Shown: positions 1-10,959 of the stretch, one piece after another | Numbering within the stretch: position 1 is the first letter of the stretch | Layout: each line of letters begins with the position of its first letter | Origin: Vulcanimicrobiota bacterium | Lineage (GTDB): Bacteria; Vulcanimicrobiota; Vulcanimicrobiia; Vulcanimicrobiales; Vulcanimicrobiaceae | Assembly: GCA_963714015.1 (NCBI GenBank) | Contig: OY970223.1 | Location: 2,560,001 to 2,624,000, forward strand | Length of the DNA: 64,000 bases | Reading direction: 5' to 3' | Position numbers and translations under genes: made by a program | The notes under the pieces: generated by a model | The model's database searches: none | Told to the model about the DNA's origin: nothing | What the model saw: the letters and a program-made list of their open reading frames with translations, nothing else

Positions 1-658
1 GTTCTCACGAAAGCTTACGGTGCCCCGTAGGTCTATAAAGTTGCCGGCCGCTGCCATCGACGAAAAGCAACGATGGGCAGAAGTAGAAAGGCTACTGCAC
101 GATAACGCACTTCCTTTGGATCTGCGGTTGTCCGCGCTGCTAGGGCTAGTATTTGGACAACACTTAAGTCGTATCTGCTTGCTCACGGTCGAGAACGTGA
201 CGCGAAAGGGGTCCAAGATATACGTAAAGTTCGGGAAAGATGATGTCGTCATGCCGCCAGACATCGCCCGTCTGGTGAACCAACAAGCGCAGATCAGCGA
301 ACAGAATCCGAAAGGGCTCATGCCTAATGAGCAACGCTGGCTCTTTCCGGGGCAGGGATTCGGTACACACCTTACGCCGGACGCCTTAGGGCGTCGTCTC
401 ACCGCCCTAGGCATCTACATGCGCCCTGCTCGGAATGCTGCACTGATGCATCTCGCTGCGCGTCTGGAACCGGTAATTCTGGCACAAATGCTGAATCTGC
501 ACGAGAACGTTGCCGCCGAGTGGTGCCGCGCCGCTGGCCGCACGTTCAACAAATATGTCGAGCTTCGGGCATCCGCGAGTACCCTTCCACACGAGGGCAG
601 TCGCAAGCTTCGAGATATGGCTGTTCCATCAACACCGACGTCCAGGAGATACAAATGA
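1..658 (+). CDS. Tyrosine-recombinase-fold protein, C-terminal part (5' end outside window)
   Basis: Frame open from base 2. Contains LLGLVFGQHLSRICLLT, WLFPG, LGRRL..LGI, ARNAALMHLA, ILAQMLNLH, resembling integrase catalytic-domain boxes in degenerate form. Confidence 0.65.
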   Translation, partial: FSRKLTVPRRSIKLPAAAIDEKQRWAEVERLLHDNALPLDLRLSALLGLVFGQHLSRICLLTVENVTRKGSKIYVKFGKDDVVMPPDIARLVNQQAQISEQNPKGLMPNEQRWLFPGQGFGTHLTPDALGRRLTALGIYMRPARNAALMHLAARLEPVILAQMLNLHENVAAEWCRAAGRTFNKYVELRASASTLPHEGSRKLRDMAVPSTPTSRRYK

Positions 659-888
659 CGCTTCGCCAGTTCTTTTTGATCTATTTCACAAGCAACGTGG
701 CTTTCATGTTCATCGGATATGAAATAAGCAAAGCGTCCTCCGTTCCCTGGTTGGTTGTGGTGGCGTCCGTAGTCGTCGCCGCACTACTGGCACTGAACAG
801 CGCGCGAACTCTAGGCAACTCCTACGCGCGCGAGGACCGCGCAAATGCGGCTCTTCAGCACGTTGTGGAGAACCGCCGTCCCAGTTGA
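655..888 (+). CDS. Small membrane protein (77 aa, 2 hydrophobic segments)
   Basis: AGGAG at 644-648; ATG overlaps the upstream stop (ATGA); MTLRQFFLIYF...WLVVVASVVVAALLAL. Confidence 0.65.
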   Translation: MTLRQFFLIYFTSNVAFMFIGYEISKASSVPWLVVVASVVVAALLALNSARTLGNSYAREDRANAALQHVVENRRPS

Positions 889-1053
889 CGACGACGGCCT
901 GCGACTGTGGCCATTTCAGCAGAGGGATTACCCTTTCGCCCTCTAACTTGAGGAATATCGCACTGCACGTGTGGCCCTCCTAAAGGCGTAGCCACGTCGT
1001 GCTACTGATCGCCAAGTCCGCTAACACCTGACGGGGCGATTAAGGAGACGATT

Positions 1054-2909
1054 ATGACCAGGCAATACGAGCCGATGGTCCTTCATAACATTGGCTTTGC
1101 GTTGCGCCGTCTCGAACAAGACTGCGCGCCTCATCAAGAACTGCGCGAACTGGCGCAAAACGCAATTGACGCTCACCGCAACCAAAAACGAATCGACCCG
1201 CATCATAGGGGCGAGATAGTTGTAGACGTAGTTGGCCGCTCGTTCCCGAGTATGGCTTCAAGATGTGCTTCATCGATAACGCGACCGGCATGACGGGCGA
1301 CGACATCCAGAACTACATCAATCGGCTCTTCCGTTCAGGCAGTGAACAAGCCTTAGACAAGAATTACGGAATCGGTGCCAAGGTTGCCGCCGGCGTCAGA
1401 AATCCAGAAGGACTCACATACTTTTCCTGGGTCGATGGCAAGGGCGTCGTTGCGAACCTGAAATATTTTGCGGAAAACGCTGACTGGGGCCTGGAGCCTT
1501 TTGAACGCCCAGATGGTACCTACGGTGTATGGGCGCCCGTCGCGGATTCTGTAAAGCCGAAGCAAATCGACCGGCACGGCACGATGGTCGTTCTTCTTGG
1601 AAAATCTGCGGATCACAACACGATGCTGCCGCCGGAGAACGTTACAAGCAAGACGCGGTGGCTTTCAAAGTATTTCAACCTGCGCTATTTCCGCCTTCCC
1701 GATGGAGTGGAGATGCGGGTTCGCCTCTTCACATCTCCGGACCCCGATCAATGGCCAACTGTCGAGGTAAACTCCAATCCACTGGGTGCGCAGCTTAACA
1801 GAGTCACCGGACAAGAATACATATTGAACAAACTCGCGTCAGCGAAGGGAACGGTTCGGCTCTCCGGTTGCAAGGCGCACTGGTGGATAATGCCGGCAAG
1901 AGAAGACCGCAGAGACGTAGGTCATCAGCAGCATCACGTTGGTGGACATATCGCAGCGCTTTACCAAGACGAAATCTACGACATGCGAATCGGCAACGAC
2001 GGGTACAGCGAGTTGCAGCGTTTTGGCGTCCTATTCGCATACAAGCGCGTGATAATCTATCTAGAACCGGACCCAAGCACGGTGCTTCCCGACACGTCAC
2101 GTTCTCGACTTCTGATGGATGGTCAACGCCTACCGTATGTCACCTGGGCGCGAGAATTCTCTGAAAACATGCCCAAAGCTATCAAAGCCTTGGACGACGA
2201 GATCCTTGCGAAGGCGGAAAAAACACCACGAGCCGAGTCCATTGCTAAACGCCTTGAGCGCATTAAACACCTTCTTCAGCCGAGCCGCTATCGTCGGTCT
2301 ACTAAAGGCGCGATACCGGTTGACCCTGATGACTTGATTCTCGGTGGAATGCCGGAGAGCAAGAAGGATGGGAAAGTCACTCCTATCGGCAACGGGCGCT
2401 CGGGCGGCGTGGCTTCCAGTGGAAGACGTCTTGCTGCATTCATCTCACCAAATGATGAAGCGCAGCAGCGCGCTACTCCCGCAGTTGCTCCGCTCAATAT
2501 CCCGATGATCGAATGGGTAAGCGTTGCAGCAGGAACTCGAGAGCCGGGCTTTCAGGAAGACCGTGCAGCATGGTATCTTCCAGAGTCGCGCACAATATTC
2601 GTGAATCGAGACTTCCGCGGCTTTGCCGATATGCATCGCGACTTCTTGAAACGGCACGGTGCAGTTCCGAACGCGGCTATCAAGATCTGGCATGCAATAG
2701 AAGAGTGGGTCGGCCAGCAGCTGTGCGAGGTTGTCATAGGAATCGAGGGTTACGCCGGCTCGCAATATTGGCTGCCGGATAGCGTTAACGCAGCCTTGTG
2801 CCCCGAGGCCTTAACTGCGGCCGTGATGTCCCGCTGGTTCGTGTACGGACAGGTTTCCCGCGCACTTGGAAGTGTCTTGCGTACGCAGGACGCGGAACAG
2901 ACCGCGTAA
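1054..2909 (+). CDS. GHKL (Hsp90/MORC-like) ATPase domain protein; one frameshift near 1232
   Basis: AAGGAG RBS. Bergerat motifs are split over two ORFs: ELAQNAIDA (1054 frame), then DNATGM, NYGIGAK, GTMVV (1263 frame). Restoring one base joins them. Confidence 0.85.
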
Positions 2910-2970
2910 GCGCCGTCTGATCTGCGATGCACGCGCTCACTTCACGGCCGTTCTTCTGCAAGGTGGTACA

Positions 2971-5900
2971 ATGATCGACTTGCCGCTACCGCTACTCCAG
3001 GGCATTGAGAATGGATCCTGCGTGCTCTTTTTGGGAGCTGGCGTAGGATCACATTACGCCCGCACTGGGCAAACGATGCCGGACTCTGCATCGCTTGCAT
3101 TAGAGATAGTCAGCATTTTCAACTGGACACGCGCGGCAGCATAAATCTCGCCGAAGTTGCGGAGTTTGCTGAACTTCGCAAAGGGAGGGCTGCCCTAAAT
3201 GCGTTTGTTCGCGAGCGCCTCTCAAACTTCGCTCCGGACGAAATAGCCCAATGGCTTACCACCGTTCGTTGGCGAAGCATATTTACGACCAACTACGACG
3301 ACGGTATTCTCGCCGCGTATAGGAATAATCCACACCCGCCTCAATTAGCGGTTCCAATAACATCTACCGGTGGTATTCGATACTGCGACCGTCGCTTGGA
3401 AGTGCCAGTCTATTTTTTGCACGGGTTCATCGGCGCGGGTGATGAGTCGCGTCTGCTCATAACGGAGACTGACTACATCCGATTCAGGGACCGCCGCGAA
3501 ACTTTGTTTTCTCTGCTCAAGGAACAATTCGCGCAGTCGACGTTCCTTTACGTCGGCTACTCGAATCGCGACCAGAATTGGAAGACCCTCTTGGATGAGG
3601 TTCAGCGCGAATTCAGTCCTAAACCCACTCCACTATCATATCGTCTAACTATCGACGAGCCTTCGATGGCGGATGCACTGCTTGAAGCGCGAAATGTCTA
3701 CACGCTGCATTGCTCCCTCTCGGACTTTTGTATGGCTGCGCGCGCGCAGCTTCATGCTGTTGAAATGACGTCTTCGGCTTTGGAGAAGCTCGAGCGCGAT
3801 ATCCCGCCCGACTTTGCTGAAGACTTCACCGACAATCCAGTTGCCGTGGCTCGTTTCTTCAACTCCTGGCAGTATGTCAATCAGTGCGACTTTTCCCAGC
3901 CTTCAAATGCGCACGCTTTTCTTCGCGGCGACCGGCCAAACTGGGGTCTCATCGCTCAGAAACACTTCTTTCAACGCGATGTCGAGGACCCGCTCTATGA
4001 TGAGATGCTGGACTACGCAACGAGCGGCGCACTACGCGAAAGCTTAACCCTATTGGGTCACGCTGGCTCGGGCGTAACCACTGTACTCATGTCGCTGGCG
4101 GCAAGACTAGTCCGTGAAGGCGCGGGCCCCGTATATTTCCTAAGGCCTGGAGCACAAGTCCTCGAGGGGGATGTGCTATTCGTGGCCCAACGTGACCCTC
4201 ATGTAAAACCGTTCTTCTTTGTCGACAACGCCGCGATCGAAAAAGAGCGCCTTCGACGGCTTGTGCAGCGCGTTCAGAGTTCTCATGCGAACGGGATGCT
4301 CGTCCTCGGAGCACGTCTCAACGAGTGGAGAGAATCCACTGTCCGCCTAGCAACTAAAGAACGTCAACTTCTACAGCTTGGCCCTGACGAGATACCGCGA
4401 CTTTTGACGCTCCTGGAAAACAGCGGCGAACTTGGCGTTCTAGCCGATCTATCCCCCGAACTACGCGTGGTGAAGATTCAACAAAGTAACTCGAACGATT
4501 TGCTCGTGACGCTTCGCGAGGTTACCGAAGGACGCTCCTTTGACGCGATAATCGAGGACGAGTATCTCGGTATCCATTCCGAGCTTGGGCGCCGATTCTA
4601 TCTCATGGTCGCGTGCTTTTTTCAAAAGCACCTATTTGTTAGGGATACGCTGTTAGCGCGACTGCTCGATGTAGATACTGAAGAAATGTTCCGTGAGACG
4701 AACGCAGCCACCGAAGGCGTGGTGCTATACGAAACAGTCGATGAGGCAAACGGCGTGTTCGCCGCAAGGGCGCGGCACCGGGTCATTGCGCAAATAGTTT
4801 GGGAGCGTTGCGGATCGCGAACCGAACGCGAGGACCTTCTGCTACGCGCAATGTCCTTCCTTAACCTCGCTTACAAATGGGATCGCGATGCTTTCGATCT
4901 TTTCGTAAGGTCTGACGAGCTTGTCGATTTTTTCGGAACTCTCGAAAAGAAGACGCGATATTTCGATACTGCGATCAACAAAGACCCCGACAATCCTTAC
5001 GTGCGCCAGCACTATGCGCGAATGCTTTCCAGGGAAGGTCGTGACTTGCTTGCGCTCAGTCAAATCAACGAGGCCCTTTCCATAAACTCTAACCCGAGAG
5101 CGCTGCACCACACCAAAGGCCTGATCTTGGCGCAACTCGCTCTCGGCTCGCCTAGTCCGGATGTCGGTCGACGCTATCTTCTTCAAGCCGAGGATGCATT
5201 CAACACTTGCATTCAAAAGAGCCCTCGGGACGACTACGGTTATACTGGCCTCGCGCATCTGTACCTCGAATGGGCTAAGCGATGTGAGAACGTCGATGAC
5301 GCGACCGGCTACACCGCCCGAGCGGAGTCCCTGATCAGCGATGGACTGCGTCGCGCTAGCATCCACGAGTCTCTGTGGCTTGAATCAGCCCGCGTTGAGG
5401 CATACCTTGGTGATTCTGAAGCACGAATCCAAGCGCTTGAGAAGGCGCACGGGAGCTCGCCAAGCAGCCCGATCGCAGCGTTCTTGTTAGCACGCGCGTA
5501 TAGACGCGACGGCAGAGCTGCAGAGGCCGAACAACTCTTGCAGCCAATCATTCAAACCGCCGTTGAAGAGTTCCGCGTCTTTATAGAGTACGCGAAATGC
5601 TTGATCGCTCTAGGGAAGCCGTATAAAGAAGCTGCGGCAGTCCTCCGCTTGGCGTACCTTTCGGGCCTTTCTGATCCTCGCTATATTGCGACGCTCGGCG
5701 GCATGCTTTGTCTAGGCAAGGACTATACGGCAGCACTAGACGTCTTCAGCGAAAGCGCGAAGCGCGGCTTTTCATTGGGCGAACGCACGCGGATTTTCTA
5801 CCGACCGCGTATAGACGGTAGAGGTGACCGAATCCGCCTCACGGGACGGATCAGCAGCGTCAAAGGGAACTATGCATTTATCATAGCTGCGGATTTCGGA

Positions 5901-6110
5901 ACCGATGTTTTCTGCCCTCGCTCGCGTCTTGATGATGTGCTGACAACTGAGGGCACATTCGTCGAGTTCGATCTTGCTTTCAGTTCGCGAGGGCCTATCG
6001 CAGACAGCATAAGCCTCGCCCCAAAGGCGGCAGCAATGGCCACCGTGACTCCGCCTTCAGCCGGCGTTGACCAGCTACCTGATGAACATGTCGGCGGATG
6101 CGATTCTTAG
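2971..6110 (+). CDS. SIR2-like domain + STAND-like NTPase + TPR + C-terminal OB/cold-shock-like domain; one frameshift near 3110
   Basis: LFLGAGVG, then after the shift IFTTNYDD, YFLHG, YVGYS (SIR2-like); GHAGSGVTT and FFFVDNA (Walker A/B-like); helical repeats; GRISSVKGNYAFI..DVFCPRS..VEFDLAFSSRGPIA (CSD/OB-like). Confidence 0.88.
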
Positions 6111-7042
6111 GCATGTCCCACTATGGCTACCTTTTGCGATCGTTCTTGCGACTCAAGTCATTACACTATTCTTTCTTCACGAGCGAGAATCTCGGACGCT
6201 CCGCTGGTGGGCAAGAAATCTAGTCATACTACTTGGCATTACAAGCGCAGCGGTTGCGTACTTGTTCCAGGTTCGTTCCCAAGAGATTGCGCAGTTAGTC
6301 CGGGCTCAAGTGAACCTTACAGATGCGTCAATGGCGAAACAGGCAACTCACCTCCGCAATCTGCAGGAACAGCTTTCTCAGGATAAGCCGCACATCGCTA
6401 GAACTGAGCAGCTCGCGAAGACATTAACCATTGCGTTGACGCAGGCACAAGAGAAACTCGCCTCGCAGCAACAACGTGTCACGGCGCTGATTGTCTCAAC
6501 ACGACAGACTGAGGAATGAATCCTCGATCGCGTTCTCGCACTCGGTAGCCGCTCTCAACGTTTCGCGGCGAGTTCAGAGTACAACGCAAAGGATTTCCAG
6601 AGAAGCTAACGAGCAACTTTCCCTCGCCGAACAAATGTCGCGCGAGGCGGCAGCCAAGGCGGGGATCTACAGATTTTCGCCGCTGCTCCTTTCCCGTATG
6701 ACAGCGATACTTTCGCATGCGGGTGTCGGCAAGGCGGCTGTTTCATGTGCTCCCGGCCTTGAGTCGCCATGCGATGATTTAGTGTCGGCGTTCTTAGCGG
6801 CGCGCTGGACAACATCCGTTCTACACGCGGCCTCCTTCTGGGGCGGCCTTGACGTTGTGCCAGCTGGGGTGATGACGGAGGCAGGGCTTGTTGTTCTTTA
6901 TGGACCTCGCTCTGAACGTACTGCAGACGAGTTGATCAACGTGCTGCGAGCCACCGGACTAAGGCTCGAAGCAGAGCCCGATTCAAGCGCCTACGACGTT
7001 TCAATAGTTCTGCGCCACGTTGAGGGAGCGCTGTCGCAGTAA
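6088..7042 (+). CDS. Membrane protein: 2 TM helices, coiled coil, C-terminal alpha/beta domain; probable frameshift near 6500
   Basis: ORFs 6067-6519 and 6491-7042 overlap with continuous Q/E/A-rich helical sequence; start overlaps the end of the SIR2-STAND gene. Confidence 0.6.
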
Positions 7043-7090
7043 ACCTTACACCGAATCCATATCCTCGATGAGGTCATGCGACAACGAGCC

Positions 7091-7128
7091 GAATATGTAC
7101 TGGTCGGAATATGTACCCCTACCAGTAA
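7091..7128 (+). repeat. Dispersed ~39-bp element, copy 1
   Basis: GAATATGTACTGGTCGGAATATGTACCCCT-ACCAGTAA; 36/39 identical to copy 2 by manual alignment. Confidence 0.9.
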
Positions 7129-7309
7129 ATGATACGCTTCGGCGGCGTGGCGAATCGTGGCGCCAGAATACGCCGGGTTTTGAATACCCGGAGGCAGTAC
7201 CCGTTATATCGAGCGACGGCGACGAGGCGGCGCCCTCTTACTTCTTTTTCCGCCAATATATGTACGGCTGAAGGTGTAACGCCGGACAGTTCAGGAACGT
7301 AGATTTCGT

Positions 7310-8692
7310 ATGCTGCAATTGATTCTTGCTGCCGCGCTTACGGAGCCCACCCAGCACAATTATTCCACCGCCATGAAGAGCGGGAAGATTCCCGGAATGC
7401 AGGTTGTAGTCGTCGACCACGGTAAGGTCATCCTCGACGATGCGCTGGGTGTCAAAAACGTCCTCACTCAAGCGCCGGTCGACGTACACACGCGTTTCGA
7501 GATCGGTTCGATCACCAAACAGTTCACCGCGGCCGCTATCCTGCAATTGCGCGAGCGCGGAAAACTTTCACTAGACGATGTACTTAGCAAGTACGTTCCG
7601 CAATACGTGCGTGGCCGGAAGATTACGTTGCGGCAAATGCTTCTACAGATCAGCGGCATTCCGGATTATAGCGAGACTAGCACCTTCAACAGCCTGGGCG
7701 CCTACCGGAACGGCCGAATTGTAATTACGAAGCGTGGTGACCTCGCGGCGGTCGTTGAGATCATCCAAGGCAAGAAACTCGACTTCACACCAGGTACGAA
7801 GTGGGAATACAGCAACACGAATTACTATATGCTCGGCTATATCGTGCAGCGTGTTTCAGGAATGCCATGGAGCGCATATATTCGGCAGCATATCTTCGCG
7901 CGTGCGAATATGAGCGAGAGCTCATTCATGCAGGACGAACCGGGCATGGCTGACTTGGCAACCGGTTACACCCGGTACAAAAATAGAATCGATCCGACTG
8001 GCAATTATGCTGGATGGGCCGGCGGAGCTGGCGCGATCGTTTCAACCGCCGCAGATCTAGCGAAATGGGACGCAGCACTATTTAACGGCAAGATCATCAG
8101 CGCGGTGGATTTAAAATTGATGACCTCGCCAGGACCGTTACCGGCGCTTGACGGAAACGCGCGGTATGGCTTCGGCTGGGTGATCGACAGCTACGACGGA
8201 CAGGCGCGCTTGTGGCATAACGGTGGCACGATCGGCTTCAGCGCGAGCAACGAAGTCTATCCGAAGCAGTCACAAGCGATTGTCGTACTGAGCAATCGGG
8301 AGAGCGGCACCGACTCAATCGCGCAGAAGACGTTTGACACGCTGCATCCAGAGTTCGTGGCGACGCAAAACAAAGCCGCGGCGGGCGAAGACCGCGCGGT
8401 CACCGCGCGTATCAAGATCACGTATTCCTCGCTCATGTCGGGGCATCTCGACCGAGCCCAGTTCACCAAAGAGGCCCAAAAGGGCATCACGCCTGATGCT
8501 GTGGCGCCATTGAAGCAGCTTGTCGCGCCTATGGGGCGAGCAGAAACATGGGTCTATCGCGGCAGTCAGGAGAAAAACGGCGCAACGACTTACACGTATC
8601 GCGTGACGTTTAGCAGCGGCATGATGCTGAACGTATACATGACGTTGGACAAAAACAACAAGATTGCTGCGTATTGGGTATCGCCGACCTGA
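7310..8692 (+). CDS. Serine hydrolase, beta-lactamase/AmpC-like family
   Basis: SxxK (GSITKQF), YSN and HNGG motifs. Confidence 0.92.
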   Translation: MLQLILAAALTEPTQHNYSTAMKSGKIPGMQVVVVDHGKVILDDALGVKNVLTQAPVDVHTRFEIGSITKQFTAAAILQLRERGKLSLDDVLSKYVPQYVRGRKITLRQMLLQISGIPDYSETSTFNSLGAYRNGRIVITKRGDLAAVVEIIQGKKLDFTPGTKWEYSNTNYYMLGYIVQRVSGMPWSAYIRQHIFARANMSESSFMQDEPGMADLATGYTRYKNRIDPTGNYAGWAGGAGAIVSTAADLAKWDAALFNGKIISAVDLKLMTSPGPLPALDGNARYGFGWVIDSYDGQARLWHNGGTIGFSASNEVYPKQSQAIVVLSNRESGTDSIAQKTFDTLHPEFVATQNKAAAGEDRAVTARIKITYSSLMSGHLDRAQFTKEAQKGITPDAVAPLKQLVAPMGRAETWVYRGSQEKNGATTYTYRVTFSSGMMLNVYMTLDKNNKIAAYWVSPT

Positions 8693-8819
8693 GGATAAAC
8701 AGCACTTCACGAAATGTTGGGCGGTGGCCGTTATGCCGTTGCCATCAAACGACGACAATGCTTGTGTGGGTGTCGGTCCAAAGCGCGCGGCGTAAGCATC
8801 GCTAAACTGATACGGAGCG

Positions 8820-9971
8820 TCACGCGAGTTCCGGCGGTGGATGCGAATGGCGTAACAAGGAATCGAGAAGCGCCAGGACATCCGGGAATCGCTCCCTTAC
8901 GGCGCGGTCGTTGCCGCCGGCCGGTACCTGGAACTCGCGCACGTTGAATCCGGTGAACACCACCGACGACCCTCGAAGCGGATCGCCGTTCTCCATGTAA
9001 TGGTACGGAAAGTTCGTGAAGAATACGATGGCACCGGGTAGGCCGCTCGTCTGCGGGTTCTGCTCCAGGCGTTTGACCTGCGAGCCGAGCCTATCGAACC
9101 ATCCGGACTCGAGAATGTGCGCCTCGCTCGGCGGGACGTTGATATCGATGAAGACGAGTCGCTCATGCAATGCATTCTTGCGCAACGCTGCCACGAGCAG
9201 ACTCGTTATGTCGGCCTCGATCTCCACAAGCCGCCCGGGCGTCCCCGGATACCCAAGGAATCCCGCACGATGGCGACTCTTGGCCTCGACAGAATACTGC
9301 TTGCCCGTCTTCATGTAGGTCGCGGTGAATTCGCAATGCGTTGATGACCGATTGCTTTCATCTTCGAGACCGATGGAAAAGCCGGCGCGGACGAGCGCGG
9401 CCGCAACGAATGCTTCGTATCGAGCACCCTGAAACTGATCCTTCCGCTGCAAGCGGTCTACCAGGCGCTGAAGCAGCAGCGAATGATGCTCAAGCGTGTA
9501 GATATCGTACGCAAACGCTAGCAGTGCCGATATCTGCGCTGGTGGATTGTCGATTTTATTGATATCGCCGAGCGCGACATCGGAGCGGTGCGCCGCCCAG
9601 AAATCGAACCAGACCTGATACCACTGCATGAGCGGATGCCGATCCTCGAGTGGCAGCGACTGTTCGTTCTTGAACCAGTCTTTCGCGAATACGGCTCCGA
9701 TATACGAAAATAGGAAGTCGTGGAACGTCTTCCATTTGTGGTACAACAGGCGCGACCCGACCGCGACGAACGTCTGGCCCGCGTGGCCCATCCAGATCGG
9801 CGGCTTGACGTAACCGTATTTTTCGATGCGCTCGGCCTCTTGGCGCTGCGCTTCAGCGAGTTTCAACCGGACACTTTCGGGCATCGTCAACCGGCGTGCT
9901 TTTTCCAAACAGCAGCGCTTATGCTTCTTCCCGCTGCCGCACGGGCAAGGACTATTTCTACCAATCTTCAT
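8820..9971 (-). CDS. SEC-C motif protein with possible restriction-endonuclease-like C-terminal domain
   Basis: KIGRNSPCPCGSGKKHKRCC; later YE..VAA...CEF...VEAK. Confidence 0.75.
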   Translation of the reverse strand: MKIGRNSPCPCGSGKKHKRCCLEKARRLTMPESVRLKLAEAQRQEAERIEKYGYVKPPIWMGHAGQTFVAVGSRLLYHKWKTFHDFLFSYIGAVFAKDWFKNEQSLPLEDRHPLMQWYQVWFDFWAAHRSDVALGDINKIDNPPAQISALLAFAYDIYTLEHHSLLLQRLVDRLQRKDQFQGARYEAFVAAALVRAGFSIGLEDESNRSSTHCEFTATYMKTGKQYSVEAKSRHRAGFLGYPGTPGRLVEIEADITSLLVAALRKNALHERLVFIDINVPPSEAHILESGWFDRLGSQVKRLEQNPQTSGLPGAIVFFTNFPYHYMENGDPLRGSSVVFTGFNVREFQVPAGGNDRAVRERFPDVLALLDSLLRHSHPPPELA

Positions 9972-10172
9972 CTTGACCAAGGCCCGGCCCGCGAGATAGG
10001 GCAGCCTCGACCATTATATGGCCTACACGCTGGGCATGGTCCGCCGCTTTCCACTGGCCTGCGCAGGCCCAGCGCTCAAGGGATTCTAAGGCCTCAGGTA
10101 CACCCACTCTCCACGTAGGAATTCGGGACGATCGAATAGGCCCGCATAAACTCCAACGTGAAACTCCGCTGC

Positions 10173-10573
10173 CTAACCAGCAGCAACGCCGAAGCATACA
10201 GTCAGCAGCACCTGTGGCGCGCCGACGATAAGCACTCTCTTGCGCGCGTTCAGGATGCCAATGAGCGTCGCCAACCCTATAGCCGACCAGATGCCGGGCC
10301 ACCACGTCCAATGCAAGTCGATCAAGGCTGGTATCTGAAGGTAGACTGCGATACTGCAGTTCGGCTGTCCCAAGAAATGTCCCAGACGCTATGGATACCG
10401 CAACCGATAAGGAGACTTAAGAACTTCGTCAGGTCAAGCTGCGATGGTTCAACCCATCGTTTGACGAGAGTGGAATTGGGATTGCGCCATGCAGCGATGC
10501 CGAGCAGCATCGCTAAAACGCCAGCTGGCAAAGCCCCCGCTGCCCAAAGCAATAAGCCGACGCTGCAGACCAC
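10173..10573 (-). pseudogene. Fragmented or frameshifted hydrophobic membrane protein
   Basis: Two overlapping hydrophobic ORFs (10322-10573, 10173-10373); an upstream GGAG-ATG at 10642 opens only a short frame. Confidence 0.35.
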
Positions 10574-10658
10574 CCCGGATCATTATAGAGGCGCAGTCGC
10601 GACCCTTGCTGTTTCTTCGCGCCTTGCGATTGCGGCCTTCATAGTCTCCGATTTGGGG

Positions 10659-10697
10659 GAATACGTACCGGTCGGAATATGTACCCCTTACCAGTAA
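10659..10697 (+). repeat. Dispersed ~39-bp element, copy 2
   Basis: GAATACGTACCGGTCGGAATATGTACCCCTTACCAGTAA. Confidence 0.9.
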
Positions 10698-10769
10698 TAG
10701 CTAGATAGTTAGAATGCGTGAGGCACGCATTATAGGACTTACGCATATTCCGCACTCCCTAGAACCAAC

Positions 10770-10800
10770 GAAAAGCCGACGAACTACGCGTCGGCTTTTC
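10770..10800. terminator. Hairpin resembling a bidirectional intrinsic terminator
   Basis: GAAAAGCCGACG-aactacg-CGTCGGCTTTTC, perfect 12-bp stem. Confidence 0.65.
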
Positions 10801-10959
10801 GCATTCGGGACAGCGCTTTCGGATATTTGATTGCGTGAGTCAAGGGCACGCTAGGCCTATCCTTGACCTGGGTGGATGCCGCTGCTCCTAATGCTGGTCG
10901 TTCAACCGGCCGATACGACCCAGAGTCATATTCGGCACTTATTTGTAATGGAGCACACA

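Noticed and set aside
1225..1265. Programmed ribosomal frameshifting in the GHKL or SIR2 genes
   Set aside because: No slippery heptamer at the breakpoints, and similar indels occur throughout the window.
7020..7271. 83-aa ORF spanning repeat copy 1 (also 10158-10697 ending in copy 2)
   Set aside because: No RBS or homology cues, and the two ORFs share nothing outside the repeat; likely incidental.
10731..10745. TATAGGACTTACGCA, with GGACTTA echoes at about 12363 and 12393, as an IS end
   Set aside because: No transposase and no inverted partner found; too short to support.
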